This document shows, in pieces, positions 1 through 9,929 of a stretch of DNA of 50,053 nucleotides. Every line of letters begins with the position of its first letter. Within the stretch, counting starts at the first letter, position 1. The notes under the pieces are model-generated. The model saw nothing but the letters and a program-made list of their open reading frames with translations. It ran no database searches and was not told the origin of the DNA. Origin of the DNA: Akkermansia muciniphila (GTDB lineage: Bacteria; Verrucomicrobiota; Kiritimatiellia; RFP12; UBA1067); assembly GCA_945870145.1 (NCBI GenBank), contig CAMBQV010000002.1:1-50053 (forward strand). Reading direction: 5' to 3'. Made by a program: the position numbers and the translations under genes.

Positions 1-160
1 GAGTCAGAAGTCAGGATACAGAATTGATTCTCAATGAGTTACACAAGAAAACGACTCGCCTTTTAGTGATCCCAAAAAATGGAGACCTGAAAAAGTTTAC
101 GAGTGTCGGACATAAACCCTTGCTGTTCAACTCCTGACTCCTGAATTCTCGCTTCTGAAT
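1..160. repeat. Hairpin-armed intergenic element; left arm cut by the window edge
   Basis: Short-period word arrays at 1-30 (gagtcagaagtcaggatacagaattgattc) and 131-160 (ctcctgactcctgaattctcgcttctgaat) are imperfect reverse complements. The 100-nt core carries a 16-codon dead-end ORF on the minus strand (ATG at 111-113, MSDTRKLFQVSIFWDH-stop). Confidence 0.4.
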
Positions 161-361
161 GCCGTGCGATTGTTACGGAGTAAAATCGCACCCAGAACGT
201 CGGAGATTAAAAGGGCGCATTTTCGATTGATTAACCTCTGGCCGCCCACCGACCTTGCGTCGGTGGAGGCAAACGTTGTATGACGGAGGATGCGAGGCTC
301 CTCACTCAACTTTCTTCACCCTCGGCGCAAGGCCGGGGGGATCGGAAGCAGGAGTCACGTG

Positions 362-2959
362 TTATCGCACAAGCTTCTCGAACGGAATATGAGGAGAGAG
401 GCTCAAGAGTGGTTTTACGATCTCACCCTTAGCCTGTTTTTCGGGCTCGGTGTAAGCGCCGTAGAAATTACTATTGCAATCGATCCAAAGCGTGATACGT
501 CTCATCTCTTCCGGCGTCAGCTTCAAGCCGTGATGTTCTTTGACTAAGAGCTGGTACAACTTTGAAATGCGCGCCCCATCCTGAGCTGGCAGTGAATATT
601 CACGTCCGTTGATCTTGATCGCACCATTGCCACCGTTTTTGCACCAAGCCATACCCTGCAATTTTGCGAACGATTCTGACCAGCCATGCGCTCCGAATTT
701 CGTGCCACTAAACCCAGGACCTTTCTTCCCATCAACACCTTTCGTGTGGCAATCAACACATTTTGCATCCAGCACAGGTTGAACCAGCCTTGGGAAGGTC
801 AACGGATAGGACCCTTCCGCCTCTGGCTTGATCTCCGAAGGCGGACGCGACAATGCCATCAGTGCTTTCCCCCCGGTGTTCTTGGGCGAAACATTCTTGG
901 CTTCATGACAGCCCACGCAGGCCATGGTCTCGCCGGGATGCAGATAGGTCTCGGACCTCATACTCATCACGCAGAGACCCTGATCATCAATCGCCTGGAA
1001 GTAGACGGGGATCTCCGTCGGCATCTTGAAATGGACGCTTCCGTCCTCTTCAACAGGGACCGTTCCCAACACGCCACGGCAGAGAGACTGAGCCGCCTTG
1101 CCGATGTTTGGCTCGTTGATCACCAGGTTCGGCTTGGAGAACAGATTGATGATCCTGAGTTCCTTGATCTTCGTCCCTTGCGGAAACGCATATTCACCCT
1201 CGTAGATATTCATGATGGTAACCACGCCCTGGGAGCGATCCTCCCCTGGAACACTGTCTGCCTTCGCTTGTGTCGTCCTGATTGGCAATACTGGCGGACG
1301 TTGACGTGACCTCAGCGGCATCGGATCGAGTGCAGCAATATTGCTGTCACGATAGAGCAACTCCCGATTGCCAAAACTATCAAGCAAGTAAATGCCATAG
1401 TTGTTTTGGCCAGAATCATAAACAGCAAGATAGTAATCTTCGCTCAGCGGCCAGGGCTGTCCATAGAACTCACCTCTCGGAGTATGCTTGCCGCTGCCGG
1501 CGCTATGAGGATGCCCTGGGGCCCTCTCAGATTCCGGAAAAAGGGCTTCAGGTGTTATACGCTTAACCTGAGACATCTCCTTGTCGTCCTTCTCCATGAG
1601 ATCGATCAGCACAAGCGATCCATAATTCTGTCCATGGTGCGGCGCGGCAACGCCCACATATTTATGGGAGTTCGGAATTGCCCTATTCGAAAGCTCCATC
1701 CATGGCCGGAGTTCCCTCTTCTCCGGATAGTTCCCATGGTAACTGCGCGGGTCGCGCCCGTCTGGGAAACATTGCCAAAGGTGATGTGCAATATCAGAGT
1801 CGCGATCAACATAATCCCAGCGCGTGTATATAACCATCCCGTTATTGTCAACACTCGGGTGCCACTCATTGGTATCATGATAACTCAATGGCATAACATC
1901 ACTGCCGTCCGCCATCATGGCATACAGTGTGTAGGTGGAACAGAGCCTCGTGCCGCACCGCTGATTACCACCGATGCGGTCAGAGATGAAAACAATCCTC
2001 CCGCTCGGCAGGAAGCAGGGGTCAAAATCATTGTTACGCCCAAAGGTCAATTGTTTCAGATTGCTTGCCTTACCAGTTTCAGGATTGAAGTCGGCCTTGA
2101 AGACATGAAACACGCGCTCTGGCAACCAGAGATAATGGTTATGGCCGGCCTTCTTTTCAAGAAAATGTTCATTCTTAACTCGCTCAAGCTTGTCCGTCAT
2201 TGAATTCGGATCGAAATCCTTCGGGATCTCCCGTTGCGCTTCTGTAAACGCAAAGAGGATACTCTTGGCATCGAAGTCCAGATCAAGCGAAATGAACGAG
2301 CCCTTGTTATCAATATTCTTATCCTTGAGCGGACCGTTTGCAACAGGAACATCCTTCAGAATGCTAACAGCTTCGGCTTTATCGCTGAATGCGTGATTTA
2401 AAACAAAGACTCCGCCTTGGGGATCCTGGTTGAAGCCTAAATACTGATCCACCATATGATTATCGCCACCGCGCTGCTTATTGTGTTTTACAAACAGTAT
2501 CTTGTCAAAATCCAACAGCGGATTCTGGAACGCAACTTTCCGGCGCAACGCCGTGACCTTATTAAAGAGCGCTTGTTGCTGCTCGATTGTCAAATCCGGC
2601 TTATTTTCTGTACGCAATCCTGCAAGCGCCTGGGCTTCATCTTGCAAGGTCAGGCCACGCTTTTTCTTTTGCAGATCAGCAATCAACGCAGCCGTCCTGC
2701 GCAGGACAATATCGACGGAGGTTTTGTCACTCTCCAGAATCAGCGCCTCCTTCCGGAGACTCTCTTTTGCCAGACGCTCAGTATTCCAGTTTGGACGATC
2801 AAGTATCTGAGCGGCAAGTACACCGAACTCTCCGGGGTAGATGGAGCTCCGGGGGGCTACTATTTTCTTCCCCGCCTTCTTCACATGGGTACTCACCTCC
2901 GCTGCCAATCCTGAAGCGACAGCAAGAAACAACATTGCAGTTACGAGAATCTGTTTCAT
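362..2959 (-). CDS. Secreted TolB/PD40-like beta-propeller protein with two C-terminal CxxCH haem-c motifs (HzsA-related type)
   Basis: Uninterrupted 865-aa ORF. N-terminal signal peptide MKQILVTAMLFLAVASGLAAE. CVGCH and CVDCH motifs lie in the last ~170 aa. Family name assigned by eye only. Confidence 0.65.
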   Translation of the reverse strand: MKQILVTAMLFLAVASGLAAEVSTHVKKAGKKIVAPRSSIYPGEFGVLAAQILDRPNWNTERLAKESLRKEALILESDKTSVDIVLRRTAALIADLQKKKRGLTLQDEAQALAGLRTENKPDLTIEQQQALFNKVTALRRKVAFQNPLLDFDKILFVKHNKQRGGDNHMVDQYLGFNQDPQGGVFVLNHAFSDKAEAVSILKDVPVANGPLKDKNIDNKGSFISLDLDFDAKSILFAFTEAQREIPKDFDPNSMTDKLERVKNEHFLEKKAGHNHYLWLPERVFHVFKADFNPETGKASNLKQLTFGRNNDFDPCFLPSGRIVFISDRIGGNQRCGTRLCSTYTLYAMMADGSDVMPLSYHDTNEWHPSVDNNGMVIYTRWDYVDRDSDIAHHLWQCFPDGRDPRSYHGNYPEKRELRPWMELSNRAIPNSHKYVGVAAPHHGQNYGSLVLIDLMEKDDKEMSQVKRITPEALFPESERAPGHPHSAGSGKHTPRGEFYGQPWPLSEDYYLAVYDSGQNNYGIYLLDSFGNRELLYRDSNIAALDPMPLRSRQRPPVLPIRTTQAKADSVPGEDRSQGVVTIMNIYEGEYAFPQGTKIKELRIINLFSKPNLVINEPNIGKAAQSLCRGVLGTVPVEEDGSVHFKMPTEIPVYFQAIDDQGLCVMSMRSETYLHPGETMACVGCHEAKNVSPKNTGGKALMALSRPPSEIKPEAEGSYPLTFPRLVQPVLDAKCVDCHTKGVDGKKGPGFSGTKFGAHGWSESFAKLQGMAWCKNGGNGAIKINGREYSLPAQDGARISKLYQLLVKEHHGLKLTPEEMRRITLWIDCNSNFYGAYTEPEKQAKGEIVKPLLSLSPHIPFEKLVR

Positions 2960-3121
2960 GAATCCAATCCCCTTTATAAATTCTTTTTATTATGCAGGCT
3001 GGGGCTGAAAATAGTCAATCCTTAAAGATAGCCGATTAAAGGAAACCGTTTAATACACATTTCCCTTGATTCTGAAATCCTTAAGAGCAATAATGAAAAC
3101 GCTCAATAAGGAGAGTCAAAC

Positions 3122-3355
3122 ATGGATGATAAAACATTACAAATTTGCAGAATTTCGGCCTTTCTGGCCTTTGTCTTCTGCTTTACAGCTGGCTTATGGA
3201 TACTCACGAAGACAGGATTAGCCCACGGCAACGATGCGCTGACCACAGGAATCGGACTCTATTTTCTCGGGAAGGCGTTTTTCGTGGGCCCCATGCTCTA
3301 CCTTGCAACAAAAAGACTGAGTCGACCTGACAGAGGGCTTGTGCAGTCGGCATAA
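3122..3355 (+). CDS. Small membrane protein (two predicted TM helices), hypothetical
   Basis: 77-aa ORF with two hydrophobic stretches (ISAFLAFVFCFTAGLWIL, GIGLYFLGKAFFVGPMLYL). It ends 9 nt before uvrB. Confidence 0.4.
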   Translation: MDDKTLQICRISAFLAFVFCFTAGLWILTKTGLAHGNDALTTGIGLYFLGKAFFVGPMLYLATKRLSRPDRGLVQSA

Positions 3356-3364
3356 TCATAAGGC

Positions 3365-5338
3365 ATGAATCACTTAACCCCCTTCACGATTGAGGCTCCC
3401 TTTGAGCCGACTGGCGACCAGCCGCAAGCGATCCAAAAGCTTGTGCAGGGACTCCATGACGGCGCGAAACGTCTCACGCTAGAGGGTGTTACAGGGTCGG
3501 GAAAGACCTTCACCATGGCGAATGTCATTCGCGATTGGGGACGTCCCGCGTTGATCATCTCGCACAACAAGACGCTCGCGGCCCAACTCTTCGCGGAGCT
3601 GAAGGCCTTTTTTCCAAACCATGCGGTTGAATATTTCATCAGTTATTACGACTATTATCAGCCTGAAGCCTACATTCCTCAGACCGACACGTATATTGAA
3701 AAGGACTCCGCAGTCAACGAAGAGATCGAGCGTTATCGTCTCGGCGCGACCAACTCCTTGCTGGGCCGGCGCGATGTGATTATCGTGGCGTCGGTCTCGT
3801 GCATCTATGGCTTAGGCTCGCCGGAAGACTACAAGCAGATGCTCGTCGACATCAAGCCCGGGCAGGTCTGTGTGCGCGACCAGATGCTGGAGGAGCTTGT
3901 CGCCATCCAATACACGCGAAATGATTATGAGACCCAGCCTGGTACCTTCCGCGTGCGGGGCGATACAGTTGACATCTTCCCCTCGTACAATACCTCTGGC
4001 GTTCGTGTCTCTTTCTTCGGAGATGAGATCGAGGAAATCAAGCGCTTTGATCCCATCAGTGGTAAGACAGAAAACCCGCCCCTGCTCCGCGCCGTGATTT
4101 CGCCAGCCAAACATTTTGTGATGCCCAAGGAGAAGATCAACCTTGCGCTGGTACGCATTAGCACAGAACTCGATGAGCGTCTCAAGGAGCTCGAACAGCA
4201 GGGCAAGCTCCTCGAAGCGCAACGCCTCAAGCAACGTACGGAGTTCGACCTTGAGATGTTACGCGAGCTTGGCTATTGCAGCGGTGTTGAAAACTACTCG
4301 CGCCATCTCGCTGGGCGTGCCGCAGGTGAGGCGCCTGCTTGCCTGATCGATTATTTTGACGGCGACTTTTTGACCATCATTGATGAGTCGCATGTCACCC
4401 TCCCTCAGATCAGGGCCATGTACAACGGCGACCAGGCGCGCAAGCAGACCCTCGTGGACTATGGCTTCCGCCTACCCTCCGCAAAAGATAACCGTCCCCT
4501 CAACTTCAATGAGTTTCTAGATAAGGTCGGCCCCATTCTCTTCACCACTGCGACACCGAGTGTCTATGAGAAGCAGGTCAGCGAAGTGACTGTTGCGCAG
4601 GTCATCCGTCCTACAGGACTCCTCGATCCGCCCGTGGAGGTCAGGCCCCTGACAAACCAGATTGACGACCTCATGGAGGAGATCCGTCGGTGCGCCGAAC
4701 AGGGCGACCGCGTCCTCGTGACCACACTCACGAAGCGGACCGCCGAAGACCTGACTGCCTACCTCCATGAAACGGGTATTCGCGTCGAGTATCTGCACAG
4801 CGGAATAGATGCCTTGAAGCGGGTGGATATCCTGGGTCGGTTGCGCAAAGGCACCTTCGACTGCCTCATCGGCATCAACTTGCTCCGCGAGGGGCTCGAC
4901 CTGCCCGAAGTGGCGCTTGTTGCCGTTCTGGATGCGGACAAGGAGGGCTTCCTCCGTTCCGCCACCTCGTTAATACAGACTGCTGGACGTACCGCACGTC
5001 ATGTCAATGGACGTGTCATTCTGTATGCCGACAGAGTCACCGAGGCCATGCGGCAAATGATCGAGATCACCCAGACGCGCCGAGCCAAGCAGGAGGCTTA
5101 TAATACCGAGCACAATATTACACCGCAAAGCGTCAAACGCGCCATCCACGAGTCGCTGAAACTCTATGAAGAGGCAGAGGAGATTGAAGCCAGCATGGTT
5201 GCCGAGTCTCAGGAAGCCTACAATGTGCAGACTGTCATTGCAGATTTGGAACGCGAAATGCTCGAGGCAGCACATGATCTCGAATTCGAACGCGCAGCGG
5301 CCTTGCGTGACGAGATTAAGCTCTTGAAAAGCCAATAG
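3365..5338 (+). CDS. uvrB: Excinuclease ABC subunit B
   Basis: 657 aa. Walker A GVTGSGKT, a helicase motif set, and a C-terminal UVR domain (EAAHDLEFERAAALRDEI). Confidence 0.97.
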   Translation: MNHLTPFTIEAPFEPTGDQPQAIQKLVQGLHDGAKRLTLEGVTGSGKTFTMANVIRDWGRPALIISHNKTLAAQLFAELKAFFPNHAVEYFISYYDYYQPEAYIPQTDTYIEKDSAVNEEIERYRLGATNSLLGRRDVIIVASVSCIYGLGSPEDYKQMLVDIKPGQVCVRDQMLEELVAIQYTRNDYETQPGTFRVRGDTVDIFPSYNTSGVRVSFFGDEIEEIKRFDPISGKTENPPLLRAVISPAKHFVMPKEKINLALVRISTELDERLKELEQQGKLLEAQRLKQRTEFDLEMLRELGYCSGVENYSRHLAGRAAGEAPACLIDYFDGDFLTIIDESHVTLPQIRAMYNGDQARKQTLVDYGFRLPSAKDNRPLNFNEFLDKVGPILFTTATPSVYEKQVSEVTVAQVIRPTGLLDPPVEVRPLTNQIDDLMEEIRRCAEQGDRVLVTTLTKRTAEDLTAYLHETGIRVEYLHSGIDALKRVDILGRLRKGTFDCLIGINLLREGLDLPEVALVAVLDADKEGFLRSATSLIQTAGRTARHVNGRVILYADRVTEAMRQMIEITQTRRAKQEAYNTEHNITPQSVKRAIHESLKLYEEAEEIEASMVAESQEAYNVQTVIADLEREMLEAAHDLEFERAAALRDEIKLLKSQ

Positions 5339-5345
5339 CTTTTTA

Positions 5346-5429
5346 GCATCCGAAAAATGCGAAAAGAGCGAAGTGAGCTAGCGCCTTATACATCATTCCA
5401 ATATTCCACAATTCCAGCATTCCAGTCAG
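5346..5429. repeat. Two adjacent short-period word arrays (gcgaa-type and attcca-type) directly 3' of the uvrB stop
   Basis: catccgaaaaatgcgaaaagagcgaagtgagc at 5346-5378 and catcattccaatattccacaattccagcattccagtcag at 5391-5429. gcgaa-type words recur at 8531-8553, 43957-43967 (reverse) and 49873-49893. Confidence 0.3.
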
Positions 5430-5434
5430 CGGCC

Positions 5435-6118
5435 CTAACCACCAATGCCGAAGAGTTTCTGGAGCAGTTCCTTCAGGGCGGCTTCGCCTCCGATAACGAG
5501 GACGGTAATCAGCACGGCGAAATAGATCGTCGTCGCCAAATTCATGAGATGACCAAACAGGATGCAGAGTCCATCCCGTTGTAACAATCCGATCGCTAGG
5601 AAGAGCAGCGCCAGTCCCGGGAGCGTATTGCTGAAGGGGACAAACCCAAAGGGGGCCATCAGTAGGAGAGCCCCGTAAATCAGGGCGCAATTATTGACGG
5701 TGTTCATGGACCAGACATCCACAAGTCCTTTTAATCGGTGCGGACGACTAATACGATCCAGACGATCCAACCATTTACTTCCCTTAATCAAGGCTGAACG
5801 TATCTTTTCTGCGGGTAAAACCCGTGAAGCTATCCAGGACGGCAACCACAAATTGCGATCAAAAAGGCGACTGATGCCGACGAGTAAAATCGCAAAGCCA
5901 AAGACCGTACTCACGCCTGGAATCGAAACAGGGACCATGAAGACGAGTGTCAAAAAGGCTGAGAGGATCAACAGCCCATCCTGCCCGACAATGTCCCGAA
6001 TCTCCAACAAGGTCACCTTGTCGGGCGGCAAGTTTCCGATAAAAACTTTGAGCTTCTGTCCAAGCGAGGCTGTCTTTAATTCATTCGGCCCGGGCTGTGA
6101 AAGGTCCTGAGTACTCAC
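5435..6118 (-). CDS. ExoD-like exopolysaccharide synthesis membrane protein
   Basis: 227 aa. A polar N-terminus is followed by several TM helices (LLILSAFLTLVFMVPVSIPG, FGFAILLVGISRLF), an arrangement typical of the ExoD family. Assigned by eye. Confidence 0.6.
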   Translation of the reverse strand: MSTQDLSQPGPNELKTASLGQKLKVFIGNLPPDKVTLLEIRDIVGQDGLLILSAFLTLVFMVPVSIPGVSTVFGFAILLVGISRLFDRNLWLPSWIASRVLPAEKIRSALIKGSKWLDRLDRISRPHRLKGLVDVWSMNTVNNCALIYGALLLMAPFGFVPFSNTLPGLALLFLAIGLLQRDGLCILFGHLMNLATTIYFAVLITVLVIGGEAALKELLQKLFGIGG

Positions 6119-6193
6119 GGTGTAATCCTCTTCGGTTTATCAAAAAAACGTACTCATCATACCGATTCACCCTATCAGAAGCAAGCGACAAAC

Positions 6194-7633
6194 TTAGAAC
6201 GAGAGTAGCATCTGCCAGATATACATGGCGGCATTCGAGTCCACTGTATTCCACATCCGCTCAGCCAACTCGGGATTGCCTTGGACCGCGCTGCAATTGA
6301 TATCCTTAAGATGTTCCTGCCAGGTGACGCAACGTCCGGGTGCCCGGTGAAGGGGTGCCGGAATCTTACCGGCTGGCGTGTGCGCCGAAGAGGGACATAC
6401 ACAGAGCTCTGCTAAAGGCGAATCAGGAGTAGCATAGACCCCCAATTCACGGGTCGCTTCGACCATGGCCCTCATGTTCTCGACCTTGGTATCATTCTGC
6501 ATGATGGCACTGCAATCCATGATGTAGCCACCCTCTTTACCCAAGATGGAGATCAGATTCTTCACTTCGGCGCGCACTTGATCTGGCGTCCCGATTGCCA
6601 TGGTCACATTGCTGACCCCGCCGCTGATCGCGAACTTATCGTGCAACTTGTCATGGATCCGCTGTGGATTACCCCTGTCAATATGATAGACAATACTCCG
6701 CTCGGGCAGTTCATGGAAGGCATCCAGATGATAATCCCAGTTACCCTCGGCATAGAAGAGCGTCTGATGATTACTCTTCCAAAGTTCTTCAATAATCGGT
6801 TTAACCGTTGGCCAGTAGACATTATTGAACTGGTCAGGGGTGACAAAGGGGACACCGCCCCGATGCATCCAGTAACCGATCGGAAGCTGGGAGGACGGAT
6901 CTGCTGTTGCGGCTGCAACCCAGTGGAGATGCGGCATCAGGGCCTCGCACGCCTTCATTACCTTTTCAGGGCGCTCGAAGAGATCCATGGTCAGACCGAT
7001 ATAGCCACGAAACTTATCTGCGAGAATATCGAGCGGCGCCTTAAAGATGCCGCAGATCGCACCGGGTGTCCCGGTCTCACTCCGCATGCGGGCACATTGC
7101 GGCCCAAAGGCGTTGAAATACTGGACCATCGCCATGGCCGAAGAGACCAGTGCAACCTGATTGCGATAGGTCGAGGGCGTGCCAGCAGAGGCAATACGAC
7201 GTGTCGCGCGCGGGAACCAGACTTCATAGAGAAAGGCTGTCGGATCATCAATCAGCCGATCATACTCGTCCTCACGCATGAAAGACTTTTCCTCTGGCGG
7301 CTCGACATATTGAAAGCCGCGATTCGCGGGAACATCCACGCCCGGCACGCCATAATACCGCGCAGAGGCTGCATCGGTAATGCCTGTCCAGACATAGACC
7401 ATATTCGGCACAGCCGAATCCCAGTCATAATCCTTGCAGGATTGAATGACCGCCTCAAAGGCGTCTGGATAGCTCTGTGTTAACTGCTGGCAATCGAAAC
7501 CGGCATGGGTACCTGTAAACTCTGCGGCAAAGGGTCGTATCGGAATCATGTCCGGCTTACGGTTATTGAGTGCCGTGATATAGCGACGTAACCTAGTCTG
7601 GTATTTTTCTTCAGTAGTCATGCATCTCCTCAT
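6194..7633 (-). CDS. Uroporphyrinogen-decarboxylase (URO-D)/MtaA-like family protein, unusually long
   Basis: 479-aa ORF. The N-terminus (YITALNNRKPDMIPIRPF) and overall pattern resemble URO-D-like proteins. The ATG at 7633 forms an ATGA overlap with the upstream stop. An alternative ATG at 7621 is preceded by AGGAGA. Confidence 0.5.
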   Translation of the reverse strand: MRRCMTTEEKYQTRLRRYITALNNRKPDMIPIRPFAAEFTGTHAGFDCQQLTQSYPDAFEAVIQSCKDYDWDSAVPNMVYVWTGITDAASARYYGVPGVDVPANRGFQYVEPPEEKSFMREDEYDRLIDDPTAFLYEVWFPRATRRIASAGTPSTYRNQVALVSSAMAMVQYFNAFGPQCARMRSETGTPGAICGIFKAPLDILADKFRGYIGLTMDLFERPEKVMKACEALMPHLHWVAAATADPSSQLPIGYWMHRGGVPFVTPDQFNNVYWPTVKPIIEELWKSNHQTLFYAEGNWDYHLDAFHELPERSIVYHIDRGNPQRIHDKLHDKFAISGGVSNVTMAIGTPDQVRAEVKNLISILGKEGGYIMDCSAIMQNDTKVENMRAMVEATRELGVYATPDSPLAELCVCPSSAHTPAGKIPAPLHRAPGRCVTWQEHLKDINCSAVQGNPELAERMWNTVDSNAAMYIWQMLLSF

Positions 7634-8484
7634 TTAAATAAACTGCGAACATATTCAGCATTTCGTTTGCCATCTTCAACAGGATTCTTTGACGGGCTGG
7701 ACGTCTCCAACGTGATCCACCCTTTATACCCAATCTCCTTGAGTGCTGCGGTGACAACTTCAAAATGAGGCTTATCCGCATCGAGATACTGCGAGCCGTT
7801 CTTGTAGTGGACCTGCGCAATGCGTCCCTTCAATTTGCGGATCTCTGCGGGCGAGTCATACTTCTTGGTCTTTCCGGTGTTGTAAACATCGTAGTAAATG
7901 CCAACCGACTCATGACCGATCAGATCCAGCATCCGGAGAAGCTGGTCGGCATTGAGAAAACTTTCGATCGCCAAGGTCACCCCTGCCTCTTTTGCAGCCG
8001 GCGCGACAGCCTTGATCTTTTCAGCAGCGGCCTTGAACTCCGCCTCCTTAAGCACGCCGCCCTCCAGAAGATCACCCTTGCCGAAGAAGGCCAAGAGAAT
8101 GTTCTGTGCCTTCAGTTCCTTTGCAGCATCAATACCCTGCTTCATCCAGCTTATTGCACGCGGATCTGTGGCCAAAGGGCATTGATTAAATAAACCCATC
8201 ATGATCGAGGTGATCGGCAGACCCGTCTGCTTCATCTGCTCCTGATAACGTTTCAAAGTCGCAGGCGCGGCAATCTCCAACGTGTCAGCCGTTGTTCCTT
8301 CACGAACCTCCACCCCGTCGAACCCCGCTTGCTTCGCCTGTTCAAGCCCCATCATACACGTACCAATACGGATGCGCGTTCTTTCGGAAGTCGCCCAGAC
8401 AGATGCCGGCACAAACGTACCAGCTGCCAGTGCAGTACCTCCTAGTAAAAAGTGTCGTCTCGAAAATTGATTCATGTTTTTCAT
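7630..8484 (-). CDS. Tat-exported sugar phosphate isomerase/epimerase (xylose-isomerase-like TIM barrel)
   Basis: 284 aa. Twin-arginine signal FSRRHFLLGGTALAAG...VWA. TIM-barrel pattern typical of the AP endonuclease 2 / xylose isomerase-like fold. Confidence 0.75.
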   Translation of the reverse strand: MKNMNQFSRRHFLLGGTALAAGTFVPASVWATSERTRIRIGTCMMGLEQAKQAGFDGVEVREGTTADTLEIAAPATLKRYQEQMKQTGLPITSIMMGLFNQCPLATDPRAISWMKQGIDAAKELKAQNILLAFFGKGDLLEGGVLKEAEFKAAAEKIKAVAPAAKEAGVTLAIESFLNADQLLRMLDLIGHESVGIYYDVYNTGKTKKYDSPAEIRKLKGRIAQVHYKNGSQYLDADKPHFEVVTAALKEIGYKGWITLETSSPSKNPVEDGKRNAEYVRSLFK

Positions 8485-8490
8485 TCCAAC

Positions 8491-8567
8491 AATAACGCAA
8501 TAACGCTCGTTACGTATTCGTAACCATTCGGCGAATGCCGAAAGCGAAGCGGTAATAACGCAATTCT
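8491..8567. repeat. Word-array element (aataacgcaat-type plus gcgaa-type) abutting the stop codon of the 8568 gene
   Basis: aataacgcaataacgc at 8491-8506, hairpin gttacgtattcgtaac, cattcggcgaatg, then gaaagcgaagcggtaataacgcaattct ending at 8567. The stop codon (cta, i.e. TAG on the minus strand) is at 8568-8570. Confidence 0.5.
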
Positions 8568-9827
8568 CTACACGCGCAGCCCCTCCAACCGCCCATCAAG
8601 CCGTTCCGTGTCCTTGATGATCTCATCCCAGGTAATCACTTTCCCTGTATAGGCCGCCTTACGTCCCATGATCGTGATCAGGCAGCTCTGGACACTGGGT
8701 GCGACGGTCAGATTGGAGCAGTCACCCTTCTTAATCGCATCATAGAAGGCGAGCACATTGTTAAAGGCTCCCTCCTTATAGATCTGCTTTGTCTCACCGC
8801 CCCGATAGAAATTTTCTCCGCGGATCATGACATTACCGCCGTACTTCGCCTCAAGTACGCCCTTGGAGCCGAAGACGCGGCAGACAATACCATCCGGCTG
8901 TGTGCCATGTCCATCGAACTGGCGCGAACTAAAGCCTATGCCCACATTGTTGGGATACGTGAACTGGACGGTGAAATGATCCCAGCAATCACCTGTATGT
9001 TTGCGAACCTTACGACCGCCCGTTCCGTAAGCACTCACAGGCGGCGTCTGACAGACCCAATTCATCACGTCCAGGCTATGAATGTTCTGTTCCGTGATGA
9101 TGTCTCCCGAAAGCGCCTTGTCAAAGAGCCAATTCCCCAGCCGACCCTCCGGACCTTCATGCTCCGCATTACGATCAAACCCTCCGCAATGATAGGAGAC
9201 CTCCCCAAAGACCAGTTCTCCGATTGCGCCGGCATGTACGCGTTTAATGGTCTCCTGGAAAACTGGCATAGCACGTGTCTGAAAATCCACGAGAAAACTG
9301 AGCTTCTTCTCGCCAGCAAGCTTGACCGTGGCTTCAATGGAACGGCAGCCGGGAACATCCACGGCGATCGGCTTTGCAAGATAGACATGGACGCCTGCAT
9401 CAACCGCAGCCGCAGCTTGTTCCGGATGGAAAAACGGCGGCGACATGATCGCCAGCACATCCGGTTTTGTTTCCAGTGCGCGCTTGTAGCCATTTAAACC
9501 CGAGAAACAGCGTTCCTTGGCCAAGCCAAACGATTGGCCCATCTTATCAGCTTTCGCTTGAAAGTAGTCGGCAACCGCAGTGATTTCATAACCGCCATGC
9601 TGTTTCAGGAGACTTGCGATAAAGGTTCCGCGTCCCCCGCACCCCACAATGGCGACCTTGATCTTCGATCCCGTTAAACTGATTACAGGTGCTAACGGCT
9701 TCGATTCCTGCGCCAGAAGTGGCGATACAACAGTCGCAGCCCCCATCGCGGCCACAAAATGGCGTCGCGAAAAATAGGTCGTAGTTGATAAATGATTATA
9801 CTGAACAGTCATAATGATTATACCCAT
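8568..9827 (-). CDS. Tat-exported Gfo/Idh/MocA family oxidoreductase
   Basis: 419 aa. Twin-arginine signal YFSRRHFVAAMGAATV. Rossmann motif KVAIVGCGGRG. Alternative start at M6. Confidence 0.85.
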   Translation of the reverse strand: MGIIIMTVQYNHLSTTTYFSRRHFVAAMGAATVVSPLLAQESKPLAPVISLTGSKIKVAIVGCGGRGTFIASLLKQHGGYEITAVADYFQAKADKMGQSFGLAKERCFSGLNGYKRALETKPDVLAIMSPPFFHPEQAAAAVDAGVHVYLAKPIAVDVPGCRSIEATVKLAGEKKLSFLVDFQTRAMPVFQETIKRVHAGAIGELVFGEVSYHCGGFDRNAEHEGPEGRLGNWLFDKALSGDIITEQNIHSLDVMNWVCQTPPVSAYGTGGRKVRKHTGDCWDHFTVQFTYPNNVGIGFSSRQFDGHGTQPDGIVCRVFGSKGVLEAKYGGNVMIRGENFYRGGETKQIYKEGAFNNVLAFYDAIKKGDCSNLTVAPSVQSCLITIMGRKAAYTGKVITWDEIIKDTERLDGRLEGLRV

Positions 9828-9929
9828 CCAAACTTTTTATTATTTAATCAAAAATAAGGATTTTCAGCTTGTAAGATCATGCCAAATATTTGTAAAATGC
9901 GGACATAAGTACTACAAAAGGATAGAAGT

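Noticed and set aside
686-2203. Long plus-strand ORFs (686-1309, 1406-2203) inside the 865-aa gene, and similar antisense ORFs elsewhere (6578-7483, 8907-9497, 21889-22479, 24604-25155, 46717-47388)
   Set aside because: They lie antisense to ORFs with strong family signatures, have Arg/Ser/Pro-rich low-information translations, and show no recognisable motifs. They are typical shadow ORFs of moderately GC-rich DNA.
2989-3018. Sigma-70-like promoter for the 865-aa gene (TTGACT-N18-CATAAT on the minus strand)
   Set aside because: It is plausible, but the spacing is suboptimal and promoter consensus in this lineage is unknown. It is not supported well enough to list.
9828-9929. Second sigma-54 promoter on the minus strand upstream of the Gfo/Idh/MocA gene (TGGCATGATCTTACAA)
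   Set aside because: The -12 position reads CA instead of GC after GG-N10, so it does not fit the consensus.
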